A DNA stretch of 63,791 bases, filler included, from Octopus bimaculoides (lineage: Eukaryota), in the NCBI RefSeq assembly GCF_001194135.2. It is 10 parts of 9 records of this genome, joined end to end, with 100 filler letters (N's around TTAATTAATTAA, not from the genome) between each part and the next. Parts side by side here need not be neighbours in the genome. Positions count along the whole stretch, not along the records: positions 10,134 to 26,188 come from NC_069004.1; 9 more parts are not named here. One strand, 5' to 3'. This document shows positions 12,242 through 24,493 of this stretch, piece after piece; position 1 is the first letter of the stretch, and every line of letters begins with the position of its first letter. The notes beneath the pieces were generated by a model. It did not search any database. It had not been told where the DNA came from and was given only the letters and a program-made list of their open reading frames with translations. Made by a program: the position numbers and the translations under genes.

Positions 12242-13370
12242 TATATGTATATGGAAACGTATATGTGTGTGTGCGTGTGTGTATTGTTTCGCTTAGAATG
12301 TTCCCTTAAACACTATAAGTCCTCGCAGAAGATTCCGAAGCGAAAGAATCGGTTGCATTGTTTGTGTGTTTCTGTGCTGGTTTGTGTATGTGTGTTGTTA
12401 TAGTTGTTGTTTATTAGCGTAAATGAAGGTAGCAGACGATAATAATTAACAATCAATAAATGAATAATTGATTGGTAGCAAGTGAAGCAGAATTGCTTGA
12501 GAATGTTGTATTGTGTTGTGTTTGATGATCGTCATAGCTGCGGTGCCATGGCAAGAATGGTCACGTGACGGTGCGGTGGTGGCGGAGGGTTCTGAGAATG
12601 GCAAATCTGGGAATTGGTGGAGTCGTTTAGAGCGTTGGATAAAATGTCTTAAATGTTTTTATTCCTGCTGTCTGCATCCGGAGTTCAAATCCCTCTGAGC
12701 TTAATCTCGTCTATAATTCTTTCTTTTCGTATTTCTTTTAGTCTGTGCCAAGCGGCTGCACTCTGCGTGCTTTAGCTTCGTTAGTATGGTAACAGTCCGG
12801 ATACTTATAAGACCTCATATATATATATATATATATATANNNNNNNNNNAAAGAAAAAGCCTGTCGTACATATGATGTTTTTGCAGCTTTAATAAAAAGA
12901 AAACATATTACTCAACCTTTGGTATTCGAGTATTATTTTTTACCACCTTGTTTTGCATTTATGTGCTTACACACACACACACACATATTGTATCGCACAG
13001 AAGTATGTACACCTCTAAAAAGTTTCAGTAAAATTGCCATTACTCTGATAATATCGAAGGAAATCAAACGAAATTTATACTGAATAAAATATATGATACA
13101 TGCAAACATCATACAAATTTGGAACATAAAACAATAAGCATTTTCAAAGATATGAACGAAATATTAATTTTAAAACGTTGTAAACACACTAAAGGAAATT
13201 TGTTATATTCACTATTTTCTCCCCTTTTTTTGACTAAATTCAGATTTTGCTGATGATTTCAATTCTGATAAATTATTTCTCCAGGAGATTTTTTCACCGG
13301 TCATTGTTACTGCATCTGCAGGAATTCTGATTTTTGGACCGTGGTGAAAATCTTCTTCATTGTTATTAAA

Positions 13371-13985
13371 ATGGCACCAAAAGGAAAGAATTGTCTGAAG
13401 ATTTGAAGAAAATTATTTTTAATTTGCATAAGAATGGTTTAGGATCCAAATTAATTAGCAAACGAATACATAGTCGCCAAAGTAATTCAGAAGTACAAAA
13501 CTACTGGACGGCTAAGCAATAAACATCGTCCAGTTCGTCCTTCTTGTTTAACTGCATGTGATATTCACCACATCCAATGTTGCGTGATGGACGACAGGCG
13601 TCGTACCGCTTCATCTTTGGCCCAAGAAGTGTCTTCTGTTAGTGGAAAGAGTGTATCCACCCAAACAGTTCGCCGAAGTTTGAACCAGTGGGGGTCTTCA
13701 TAGATGCATTCCTCGTAGGAAGCCTCTCCTCACTACCAGGCATAAAACCAAGTCGTCTTTCTTTTGCCGAAACCTGAGTAAGGGGAAGGAGTTTTGGAAT
13801 AAAAAAATTTTTTCTGACGAGACTAAAATCAACTTGTTTTTTGGATCAGATGGTATTAAACGAGTATGGCGAAGATAATAGCGACGAATGCACTGTGCCT
13901 AGCGTGAAACACGGTGGCGGAAGTGTTACGTTTTGGTGATGCATGAGTGCAACTGGTGTGGAAGGATTCACATTTATGGAGAGAA
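13371..13985 (+). pseudogene. Tc1-family transposase (frameshifted, 3'-truncated)
   Basis: ATG at 13371; ELSEDLKKIIFNLHKNG, VSTQTVRRSL, PRRKPLL, FSDETKINLF (13810 on), GSDG..VWR, VKHGGGSV (13904-13927). The left end of the element may be near 12990 (unconfirmed). Confidence 0.92.
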
Positions 13986-14189
13986 ATTGTCATAAACCTA
14001 TTCTTAGACCAGATCTATTTCTCATAACCTCTCCCTACTGCACCTATTACTTGGTTCCATCAACAACAGCAATAACAACATCATGATCATTTCTATTATA
14101 GGCACATAAGGCCTGAAATCTTGTGGTTGGGGTTGGTCGATTACATTGACCCCCGGCGAGCAAGAACATCACAACATCATAATCGGAGA

Positions 14190-14445
14190 CAACAGCGCCG
14201 CAGTCACTGACAACATTTTTACTACTACTACTACTACTACTACTTAAACCACCACTAACAACGACAACCACAGTGACAACCATCCCAACAATAACAACGA
14301 CAGAAACTACCACCACCAACAACAACCGCAACAACAACAAGAACAATCAGTACTTACCACCACTACCACCATAACAACACCGTCGCCAACACCACTACTA
14401 CTACCACCCTCATCTTCATCACTGTCACCACCACCACCATCCCAC
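14190..14445. repeat. compound ACA/CTA/CCA low-complexity tract
   Basis: Read directly. Confidence 0.85.
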
Positions 14446-14734
14446 ATTCTGTCTCTGTCATGTCACTTAACTCGTTGGTAGTGGTGGTCATGCGTGTAAA
14501 AAACTACTCCGCCCCTGCAATTGCTAATATTTTCATTTCTCAACAAAAGCGTTCTCCTTCTCTTTTCCCTCTCTCTTTCTCTCTTTCATCCCCCACTCTC
14601 TCTCTCTCTCTCTTTATCCCTCTCATCACCCCTTTACTTAACCCTATCTATCCCCACAATCACTACTATACCCTCCCCATTACCTCCACCTCACTTTTAC
14701 TGTCTCACCCACCCCACCCCCAACCTATCGCCTC

Positions 14735-14765
<31 letters not shown>

Positions 14766-14961
14766 ACCTCTATCTCTGTCTCTCTTCCTTCCAAGACCAA
14801 CTTATATAACGACCCTACAATCGTCTGCCTCATTCATTACTTCTCCCATTTCAATATCTATTTATTTCCCCACTCTCATTCTCTCTTTCTCTCTTTCTCT
14901 CACTGTGTATGCAATAAATATTATGTGTGTGTGAGTGCGTGTATGTCTGCGTGTGTATGTG

Positions 14962-14999
<38 letters not shown>

Positions 15000-15970
15000 T
15001 GTATGTCTTTGTGTGTGAGTGTGTCTTTATGTGTGTGTGTGTGTGTAACTGTCTCTCTTCCTCTCAGTCTTTCCCCGTCTATTTATCTCTCTTTCACTTC
15101 TACCAACCAGCCAGCCAACCAACCAGTCACCCCACCCCACCTTTATAAACCTCCATCACCCACCCACAGCACTACTTTCTCTTGTTCCCCTCTCTTTCTC
15201 TTAAACTTCACCCTCTCTCCTCAGTCTCTCGTGTTTCACTCCTACCTCTACCTCCCTTTTGACTTCGTTCTGGAATTTGCTTACACGGGAGCCTAATAAT
15301 ATTTTCTTTCAAAAGGATCAACGCCGACAGTTTGCTAATGTTTTTCTACTCAAACAAGAGAGAAGTAATTTGTCTGGAAATAAAAACTGTTAGAGGAAAG
15401 TCCATTTTTTAATTCATAACATCAACAAAAACAAAATAACGACAACAGAAATCGGGGGGGGGGATCAAAAAGAAAGACACGCAGAAAATAGTTGACTTCT
15501 ATTTACAAAGATAGAGTAATCCCATACAAACTCAGAAGGAAAACGAACAGACGATGCTGTAGAACTCAGAGGAGCAGACAACAAGCAAGACAGACGAGAG
15601 AGAGGTTACGAAAGAATGTGAGAGAAAGAGGAAGAGAGAGAGAGAGAGAGAGACCGAAAGAAAGAAAGGTGAGGGTGTAAATGAAGGTTTTCCGTCCCTT
15701 TGCTATCTCTCTCTCCAATTGATTGATTATGATAACTGATGCAATATTTTCTCCCATATTTTGACGACGCAGCTATGAAAGATAAAGCAACAAGCCAAAT
15801 GGAAAAAATCCGCAGCTCCCACCCAACCCCCTCCTCAGAAAATTGCGGTCAAAGGAGGCGTGGGATTAAGGAATGTTATTTCTAGGAATGTGGCAGAAGC
15901 GAATCCAAAGAACCAGTCTTCGGCGCTGCTGATGATGAGATCGTGATAATAACAAACCTTTCTTCTGTAA

Positions 15971-16155
15971 ATACAAAGTCTGAAATTTTGAGGGCGGGGT
16001 TAATCGATTACATTACCCGGGAGTTCGACTCGTACTTATTTTATCGACCCGGAAGGATGAAAGGCAAAGTCGACCGCGGCGGAATTTGAACTCAGAACGT
16101 AGAGACAGACGAACTACCGCCCGGCGTGCTAACGTTTCTGCCAGCTCGCCACCTT
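15971..16155 (-). mobile_element. SINE type A
   Basis: Reverse complement reads AAGGTGGCGAGCTGGCAGAAACGTTAGCACGCCGGGC...GAGTTCAAATTCCGCCGCGGTCGACTTTGCC. Confidence 0.85.
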
Positions 16156-16610
16156 ATGTAGCAGGAATATTAAAAAGCTAACTCTCTTTGGAGTTAAAAG
16201 ATGTAAAAATAAAAATTCTTTACTTGCAACCACTTGTGAAGCGATTCTTGTGGAATTTTAGCATTTGGGAGGTGGAGAAGCAAAACAAGAAGATCCGAAA
16301 TAAACCGCACTTGAAAAACTCCAGAATTTGGCAATAAAAACATCACATAAAGAAATATTATAATAACCACGTTCTGGATGTAAGGAATCCTTATTTATTT
16401 AAGACTTCTGAGACAGTAATTTACCAAATTCCTTTGCGGGAATGAAGCTAGTCATTAGAATTGGTCGCTTAGTGTGTTTGGTCTTCTTCGCCAAGAACTG
16501 GATGGATGGGAATATCATTTTAAAGAATGTGAGTTGTTGCTGCTGCTGCTGTTGTTGTTGTTGTCATCGTCGTCGTCGCTGTTTAACCCTAAACCTGTCC
16601 CACTGATCTA

Positions 16611-16922
16611 CACCTTGGGAAAGTGTCTTCTACCATAAGCCCAGGGCCAAACAATGCCTTGTGAGTGAATTCCGTAGGCAGAAACTGTGTGGAAGCCGTC
16701 GTATATATATGTATGTGTTAGTGTTCGATCCCCTCACATCGGTGGATAACTGGCGTTGGTTTGTTTACATTCCAATTACTTAACGGTTCAGCAAAGGGGT
16801 CGGATCGTATAAGTACAAGACTTCAAAAAAATAAATCTTGCGGTCGATTTGTTTGACTAAAGCCTTGAAGGCGATGCCCCAGCATGGCCGCAGCCCAATG
16901 ATAGAAGCAAATAAAAGCTAAG
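16611..16922 (+). mobile_element. SINE type B lacking head
   Basis: CACCTTGGGAAAGTGTCTTCT...GCCTTGTGAGTG...TA tract...CAGCATGGCCGCAG. Confidence 0.8.
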
Positions 16923-17268
16923 AATTGAGCGTGTAGGAAGGGTGAGGGTGTTTCCATGGTGCTTGTAATTGTATCTGTACAACTGTTGAAGGAGGCTGAG
17001 ATATTATGTCCTGCTTGGAGTCGGTAACTACAGCATCACGGCTTTTTCAACGGATGATTTGTGCAGCTGTTTTGTGTGAAGATTTGTGATCCGAAAACAT
17101 TGCATGATAAAGGAAGAAACAAAACAGACAAAAAACCCCCAGAAAAATGGGTGGAAGAGATGATGGGCGAGAGAGATAAATGGTCTTTAGAAATATGTTA
17201 GCAGAACTGAGTGCTGGTAAAGTGGTGACAACATGTCTGCCCCAGAATCTACGCACCAATAGCAAAAA

Positions 17269-17309
<41 letters not shown>

Positions 17310-17327
17310 GCAATAATAATAATAATT

Positions 17328-18535
17328 TTGGTGTCTTCTGATATGTCTCTTTCAATTTCTTGTTTGCGATATTCATATTTGCTTGATTCGACCCATCTTT
17401 CATTTCGTCTTCAAATTTCTATAACCAATCTGCTTCTATATTTTTTCTTGAGTGAGCTTCAAATTTCTCACCCAAAATTCTTTGCTGCTTCAACATTTGG
17501 CACATCATTCCTCTGATTGTTCAGTTGCTGTTCAAATTTCCTTTCATTGTTTCTGAAGAACCAGTTCTGCAGGTGTTGGTTTGTTTTTTGTTGGTTTTGT
17601 TATTTTCACTGCTTTTGAGTTTGTTTGCATTATCTCTTCTTTGACTACGTCTAACCATTTGTGGATTTCCTTTGAAGTTCGTTTTTGTGTCTTTCCCTCA
17701 CCATCTTCTTCTCTTTGGTTGCATGATTCCTTTCAAGATTTCTGCTGAGCTGTTCAGTTTGGTTCTCAAGTCTTCGTTCCCACCATGATTTTCTTTGACC
17801 CTTAAACCCAAGAATTTCCACAGCAACAGATGCTGCGCAGTATATGAGGTTGTTTAAATCTGTAATATTTTCATTAACAGCTTGACCGTTTTGTTTAATA
17901 TCTTAAGTAGCTTTCTTCCTCTTTCCATTCTTCTCAACGTAGCGAGTGTCTTCCTTTCACTTGTTCCTTTCCCCGTCTGAAACATTTTTCCCCCCTTCGA
18001 CAAAGTAAAACTTGTTTTCCTCTCGGTTGTTATTTCTCTTCTGAGGATGTTATTTCTGTCATTTCTTGATCTTGTTCTATTTCCTCTGTTACATGCTCTA
18101 CATAGGTTTCATCTTCCACTGTTGTGGAAACCTCTTCCAGTTCCAACTCGAACAGCCATTGTCTTTTCACGGTTAGATTTTCTCCTTTACAAGTCTTTAC
18201 TCTGTAGCAGGCGACATGCTTTTTCCCTCTGCATGTTTTATATATCTGATGTTCTTAGACTAACTTCATCACAACCCCATCGTCGTTCTGATCTCTACCG
18301 TCATCTTGTAGTCTTTGTCGCAGCATTTGGATAAGGACCAGGCCCACCCTGCTGCTTTCCTCGGAGATCCGGGCTCCATAGACACAGTTGCCATTATGCT
18401 TTCCATTTGGCCTTAAATAGATGACACGTCACAACCAGCAGTGTTTCTTTTCGAGACACCATCACAAGGGGTCTGCCAGCTAAGGATAAAGAGACCTTCG
18501 TCACTTTGTGGTAGACCCATCCCTATAGGGGCGAC
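17328..18535 (-). pseudogene. 5' portion (5'UTR plus N-terminal ORF) of an R4/Dong-like element
   Basis: Minus strand gives the frameshifted remnants WLFELELEEV, ITDLNNLIYCAASV, KSWWERRLENQTEQL, FFRNNERKF and VPNVEAAKNF, typical of the pre-RT region of R4/Dong ORFs. The 5' end abuts (AAT)n at 18536. Confidence 0.7.
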
Positions 18536-18626
18536 TATTATCATTATTATTATTATCATCATCATCATTAGTTTCACATATCAATGCCCTCTCTCTCTCT
18601 CTTCTCTTTCTCTGTATGTATATGTG

Positions 18627-18716
<90 letters not shown>

Positions 18717-19180
18717 CATATATCTTTCCATTTTACTTTCTTTCCACCATCCAACCAACAGCTCTACTCTCTCTTTCTCTCTCTTTGTCTCTCCTTCTAT
18801 CCGTCTATAAACACACACACACACCACATGAAGCATACAGAACACTAAATACACCACATCTGAGTACAACACCCCAGAGTACACCATCCTACACAGCACA
18901 CAACTTTGCACATTGCTATCGTCACAGCCACCACCACCACGAACAACAACAATAGTAATAACGACAACAGCAACAACAACAATTAAAAAACAATAACACA
19001 GCAACAACAACAACAACAGCACTTCCCATGAAGTGTTTTGTTTGTAGTAATTTCACGCCTGTCTACGGCTTTGACATTTTAGCTGCCATATGGAGAATTG
19101 TCATCACAACTGACTCACACAGAAATACATAGACACATACATAGACACATATGTGTGTGTGTGTGTGTGTGTGCAAGTAC

Positions 19181-19239
<59 letters not shown>

Positions 19240-19270
19240 TACACATACTCTCACACATGCACACACACAA

Positions 19271-19335
<65 letters not shown>

Positions 19336-19784
19336 TATAAACACATACATGTGCATGTACACGCTCACATATACATGCAGGTGTATTATATACATAATTT
19401 CTGTACCAAATCAACATACATACATACACACCCTTTATATACGGCATTGAACCTGACATACACACATCCTCAATTCTCTGCTTTAATGTACTTATGTTTT
19501 CTCTCTCTCCATTTCATGTCACACCGCAACTGGTGACCGTTGACGTGGTTTGCTATGGCTTTCCAACCGGCCAACCACCGGTTCACTGCATTTGCCAGAA
19601 CGAGAAAGTGAGAAGGGAGCGTCTATAACTCGGTGAACTTCCTTCGAAAAGCACCGGTTTTTCACCAATATTTCAAACCTTTGCCTATTATTATACATCG
19701 GTCACGCACACGCGCGCACGCGCACACACAAATTAATATGCAGTATGTATACATATTTATATATATATGTGCGTTTGTGTGTGC

Positions 19785-19819
<35 letters not shown>

Positions 19820-19869
19820 AATGTATATTGTATGTGTGTGTATACATATATATATATATATATATACAC

Positions 19870-20450
19870 ATAGGACCATTGTTCCAAGGGAATGACTCAC
19901 TGACAGCGGACCCAAGAAGGATAAGTGAGATACTCAGGGAACAATTTCAAAGTGTCTTCACTTCCCCCCTTGGACACATGCTGATAAAAAATGCGGCTCA
20001 ATTCTTTGATATTGCGGCTCTAGAAAAGGAGGCGTCAGCCATCGATTACATCAACATTGGGGAGACAGATGTAACTGTGGCCACAGATGAAGTGAGCTCA
20101 TGATGGCTTCCCAGCTATTCTCCTGAAGCCATGTAGGCAGGCTTTGACGAAACCACTTCAGGTACTTTTCCAAAATTTCCTTGCAAGTGGTAAACTTCTT
20201 TAAAAGCTGAAAGAAGTCATTATATGCCCTATCCACAAAGGTGGAAGCAGAGCAGGGGCCAAAAACTACAGGCCAATCTCTCTGATTTCACAGATCAGTA
20301 AAGTCATGGAACGAATCACCAGAAAGAAGTTGATAATGGTCCTCGAAGAAAATGACATACTGAAGAATACAGAGCATCTGTCCAGCAAGAAGCTTCCTCA
20401 CACAACTCCTAGAACACTATGACTGAGATTTGAAACAGCTGCTTGACCAT
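19870..20450 (+). pseudogene. CR1/L2-like LINE reverse transcriptase fragment
   Basis: ISEILREQFQSVFT, DGFPAILLK, PIHKGGS..KNYRPISL..SKVMERI, RSFLTQLLEHYD. Confidence 0.9.
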
Positions 20451-20879
20451 TGACCATGACACTGTTCTGGGGCCATTACTGTTCATTAAAGGATCAAACA
20501 GGAAAAATACATTGTACCATTAAAATCAATACGTATATGAATGTTTGTATGTTTGAATATATATCTATGTATGTATATGAATGTATATTCATTCATATAC
20601 ATGTGTATACACACACATGTGTGTGTGTGCATGTATAGGCATTTACACATGCACACATACAAATGTACACATACATACAGTTGCATAAACACACTCGCAT
20701 ACGTCTACATATACTCGCACTCGCACTCACAAAAATAGCATTGTTAGGTTTTACATTATCTGGATTGATTGATGTGTTTCATTGCCATTATGTATGAAAG
20801 GGTACAAGAGAAAGGGAGTAGGAGATGGGGTGAACCGGCAGACTTATCCTCTCACACACACTTTTCATGCAAAGGTGAA

Positions 20880-21742
20880 GGTCAGCCAAACTGATGAATG
20901 TCTTAACAGAATTGCTGTTAAGAGCAGACAAACTATGCTTATAACAAAAGTATAGCATGGAGAGGGAAGGGGTGGCAGGAGGATAGGAGCCTGTTTCTCT
21001 GTAACATCGAAGGCTATGGAGGGATGGCGGTAGTCATGTCTGTTAATTTTAAGGTAAACATCAGACAGGCTACCCGTTTTAAGAGGTGTAGTGATCAGAC
21101 GGGCAACACCGTTAACAAGAAGGCGGAGTTTGAGCAGTCAGGCCACCCTCTCGTACCTCTTTAATGTAGAGCGAAAAAACAAGCTACTGGAATGTGCTGA
21201 CAGGCTCGCTGTCCCTTTAACACGTAGGATCAGCGAGGAAGCAGTCTGCCTCTTTAATATAAAGTTGGAGGAATGAATAGTTTTTTGCACAAAGGTTTTT
21301 AAGCGGGGTCTTTCTACCTTTTTAACATAGAGATGTTAGGAGCAGACATTTATGTCTCTAACATAAAGGAGCAAAATCCAGGCACTCTTCTGCACAAAGG
21401 TTTAGGGAGCTGACAAACTAAAGTCTACCCCTTTAACACCTGGGTATAGGGAGCAGTAGTCCGCCCCTCTGACACACAAAGGTACACTGAACGGATTCTC
21501 TTACCTTCTTTAACATAAATGTGTAATGAAAAGAGAGTTGAACTCTTTAATATAATGAACAGGCCCTCTAATCCCTTTGATATAAAGGGATAGCGAACAG
21601 ACAGTCCACCCCTTAACATGAAGGTGTAGTGATCAGATACTCGACCCAGTAACATAAAGGTGTTGCGAGCAAACATAGTACCTGTTTAACACAAAGGTGT
21701 ACTAAACAGACAGCCTATCCGTTTAACACAGAGGTGTAGTGC
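20880..21742. repeat. degenerate ~36-37 bp tandem array (about 20+ units)
   Basis: Approximate consensus CCTTTAACATAAAGGTGTAGTGAGCAGACAGTCTACC. Best units: CCTTAACATGAAGGTGTAGTGATCAGATACTCGACC and TGTTTAACACAAAGGTGTACTAAACAGACAGCCTATCC. Confidence 0.8.
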
Positions 21743-22080
21743 TTGGAAACAACGTGTGTATCGTGTGATCGGAAGGATTACGGACGGATTAAGTCCGAAT
21801 TCTCTCACGACGTAGGCCCTCTCAGAATGGATTTTTCTCCATACATTTACGAGGGCCTACGTCCAAATACCCCACGAGCCCGGGAAAAGGAGAAAGAAAA
21901 CGAGAACGAAGGAACCTCGAACCACTGATGCAGAGGTAAGCAATGTCGAACATTCATGGAGGTTGTTTAAATGTGCGTGGCCTGGTGTCAAGCTGGAAGC
22001 AAGGTCGCTTCCTTAATGACATCAGGTCGCGTAATTTGGATGTTATTGTTGCTACAGAGACCCGGTTAAGGGGGCCAAGA
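21743..22080 (+). pseudogene. L1/Tx1-clade fragment: probable end of ORF1 and start of ORF2 (APE endonuclease)
   Basis: ATG at 21943 begins MSNIHGGCLNVRGLVSSWKQGRFLNDIRSRNLDVIVATETRL, homologous to 31668 onward (LSSKWKQACFLDDLRSHDIHVMVATETKL). Confidence 0.85.
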
Positions 22081-22596
22081 GATCTGTATACATACATACG
22101 TATATATGCATACGCACCTGTGTGTATGTGCGTGTGTCACATTCCTCGTCGGGCGCAATGCTTCAGACGTTCTGTGCCTGTTTCGTATCGCACTACATTT
22201 CCTACTGCAAACTGATACAGGGACCAATATATCAAAGTTCATGTTACCTCACTTATGATATCATAAGGGGAGTGGGAGGAGGAGGCAATGGGTGGTGGAA
22301 GAAGAAGAAGAAGAACGGTGTCTTCTTCGGTATCGATGTCTCCTTTGAACGTCTTCGATGATATCGATACGCGTTCACGTGCGTGTATATCGAAGGCCTT
22401 GAGATCGCTGGAGCAGAATAAATGAAGAGATCCGTTTACTCTTAATATTCAATGACTGGACGGACGGACGTTGTTGTTGGTGTTGTTATTGTTTCGTCCC
22501 AGGTCAGTTGTTGTGAACCATCAGATCTCTGATCAAATGCGTTCCAACTGTGACCAACCCGCTATAGTTTAGCGGTACATCTTCATCTTCTTCAAC

Positions 22597-22741
22597 TTTT
22601 ACCTGTTTCAGTCAGTCATTGAACTGTGCGGTCCCGTTTGGGAGCACAACTTTAAAGAGTTTTAGGCGAAAAAATTAACATTACTTATTCGATCGGTGTC
22701 TTCTGTCGAATCGCTAAGTTACGGGACGTAAACAAACCAAC
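22597..22741 (-). mobile_element. SINE type B 3' half
   Basis: Reverse complement of the module at 22792-22955. Confidence 0.75.
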
Positions 22742-22769
22742 TCTGGATGTGTGTGTGTGTCTTTGCCTT

Positions 22770-22960
22770 CACCACTGCTTGACAACTGGTGTTGGTTTGT
22801 TTACGTCCCCATAATTTAGTTGTTCGACAAAGAGATTCCGATAGAATAAGTACCAGGCTTTAATTAATAGATACTGGTGGTCGATTCGTTCGACCAACAC
22901 CATTTAAGTTGGTGCTCCAGCATGGCCGCAGTCCAATGACTGAAACAAGCAAAAGATAAA
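22770..22960 (+). mobile_element. SINE type B 3' half
   Basis: GCTTGACAACTGGTGTTGG...CCGATAGAATAAGTACC...GGTGCTCCAGCATGGCCGCAGTCCAATGACTGAAACAAG. Confidence 0.85.
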
Positions 22961-23218
22961 ACATGAATGGAGTGGCTGCCATGACAACGATAGTCTTTGC
23001 CGTCATGTTGACTGGTCTCTGCTGCCACACTGACGTCACTGAACAGAGAGACGAGAGAAATTGTCGCGGCTGCAGCGGCAACAACAACAACAAGGAAAAA
23101 ACACAAAACAAAAAAACGATAAATTAACAACAGCAAACAGAAAATAACTGTGAAGATTCCTGAACAAATAGCGAAAGGAAGACGTTTGAGGGAAAGAGAG
23201 AAACCACCAAGAACATGA

Positions 23219-23390
23219 AGACAGAACCGTTGCCGGACAAAATGCTTAGCGGCATTTCTTCCGTTCTGAGTTCATATGCCACTGGGGTCGATAAAAATAG
23301 GTACCAGCTGAGCACTGGGGGTGGGGTCAATGTAATTGGCTTAGCCTCTCCCTCGAAATTGATGGCCTTGTGCCAGAATTCAAAACCAAT
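23219..23390 (+). mobile_element. SINE type A, degenerate
   Basis: AAATGCTTAGCGGCATTTC..GTTCTGAGTTCA..GGGGTCGATAAAAATAGGTACCAG. Confidence 0.7.
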
Positions 23391-23910
23391 ATTATATGCC
23401 CTGGGGTGATGACGCTTCCTGTCGAAAGAATAAACAGTACCCCCACCCACCACCTCCGAAAAAGAAAAATAATAATAAATGCTTCGAAGAAGCGTGGTTT
23501 GCAGAAGTTTTCGTATCCGTGTTTGTTGCACTGGAGGATCTTCCTGTAACATTGCTAATTATTTTAATATTGAAGATTGCAAGCAGATGCGGGTGGTCGT
23601 TGGGGGTAGAAAAATCAAAGTGATGTTTATGGTAACAGAGGTCACCTCAGAGCCTGCTGCCTCTCGTAGGTTGGGTGGAAAAACGAGAGCCGAGTGCCAC
23701 CCGCCACCGCCGCCACCACCACCACCGATATTCCAACGACTACAACCACAACAGCAGCGGAGAAATCTTTCCAGTAATAAAGAGTCTTAATAAATTCCGA
23801 TTTCTGAAATAAAGAAGAAGCTAAAGAGGAAATTGTGAAGAATTTACTGCAAAAATGGTAAAGGAAATAGGTTTGGGAAAATCAATGATCTTTACTGCCC
23901 CAAAAGTTAT

Positions 23911-24125
23911 GGCAGTCGTGGCTATGTGGTAAGAAGCTTGCTTCCCAACCACATGTTTCTGGGTTCAGTCCCACTATGTGACACCTTCGGCAAGTGTCTT
24001 TTACTACAGCCTTGGGCCGACGAAAGCCTTGTGAGTGGATTCGGTTGACGGAAACTGAAAGAAGCACGTGGTGTGTGTGTGTTTGTCCCCCCCCCCCACC
24101 ACTTGACAATCGGTGTTGGTACGTT
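23911..24125 (+). mobile_element. SINE type B 5' portion
   Basis: GTGGCTATGTGGTAAGAAGCTTGCTTCCCAACCACATG..GGGTTCAGTCCC..CACCTTCGGCAAGTGTC. Confidence 0.85.
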
Positions 24126-24493
24126 TTTCCTCTCATCTCCAACCACCGAATATTACATGACTTTCTTGGAGGCCATGTTTTTTTTAAGGAAAATGTGATT
24201 TTACAAAAACACAGAGTTTAAACGATGGCAAGACCCCGTACAGAGTTGCTATCAAAGGAAGACCGCTCCTCGATGTTGCATGTTGGTTTTCTCAACAAAA
24301 TTGTTATGAAAAGTAAAGTAAGCGGATCTCTTGCGTTGGGGGGGGGGGGGNNNNNNNNNNNNNNNNNNNNNNNNNNNAAAAACAAGAAAAATGTGCGAAA
24401 AATGAGTGACGTACGAAATTCGATGGTGGTCAGAGAAAACATCAATTCTACTGTAAATGCGACGAGGTGCTTTTATAATAACAATAACAATCC

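Noticed and set aside
20891-20945. CTGATGA followed by a strong hairpin (hammerhead-like)
   Set aside because: No GAAA or P3/UH in register (it reads GACAAAC).
20880-21742. CRISPR-like reading of the 37-bp array
   Set aside because: Units are contiguous and degenerate with no unique spacers, there are no cas genes, and the context is eukaryotic.
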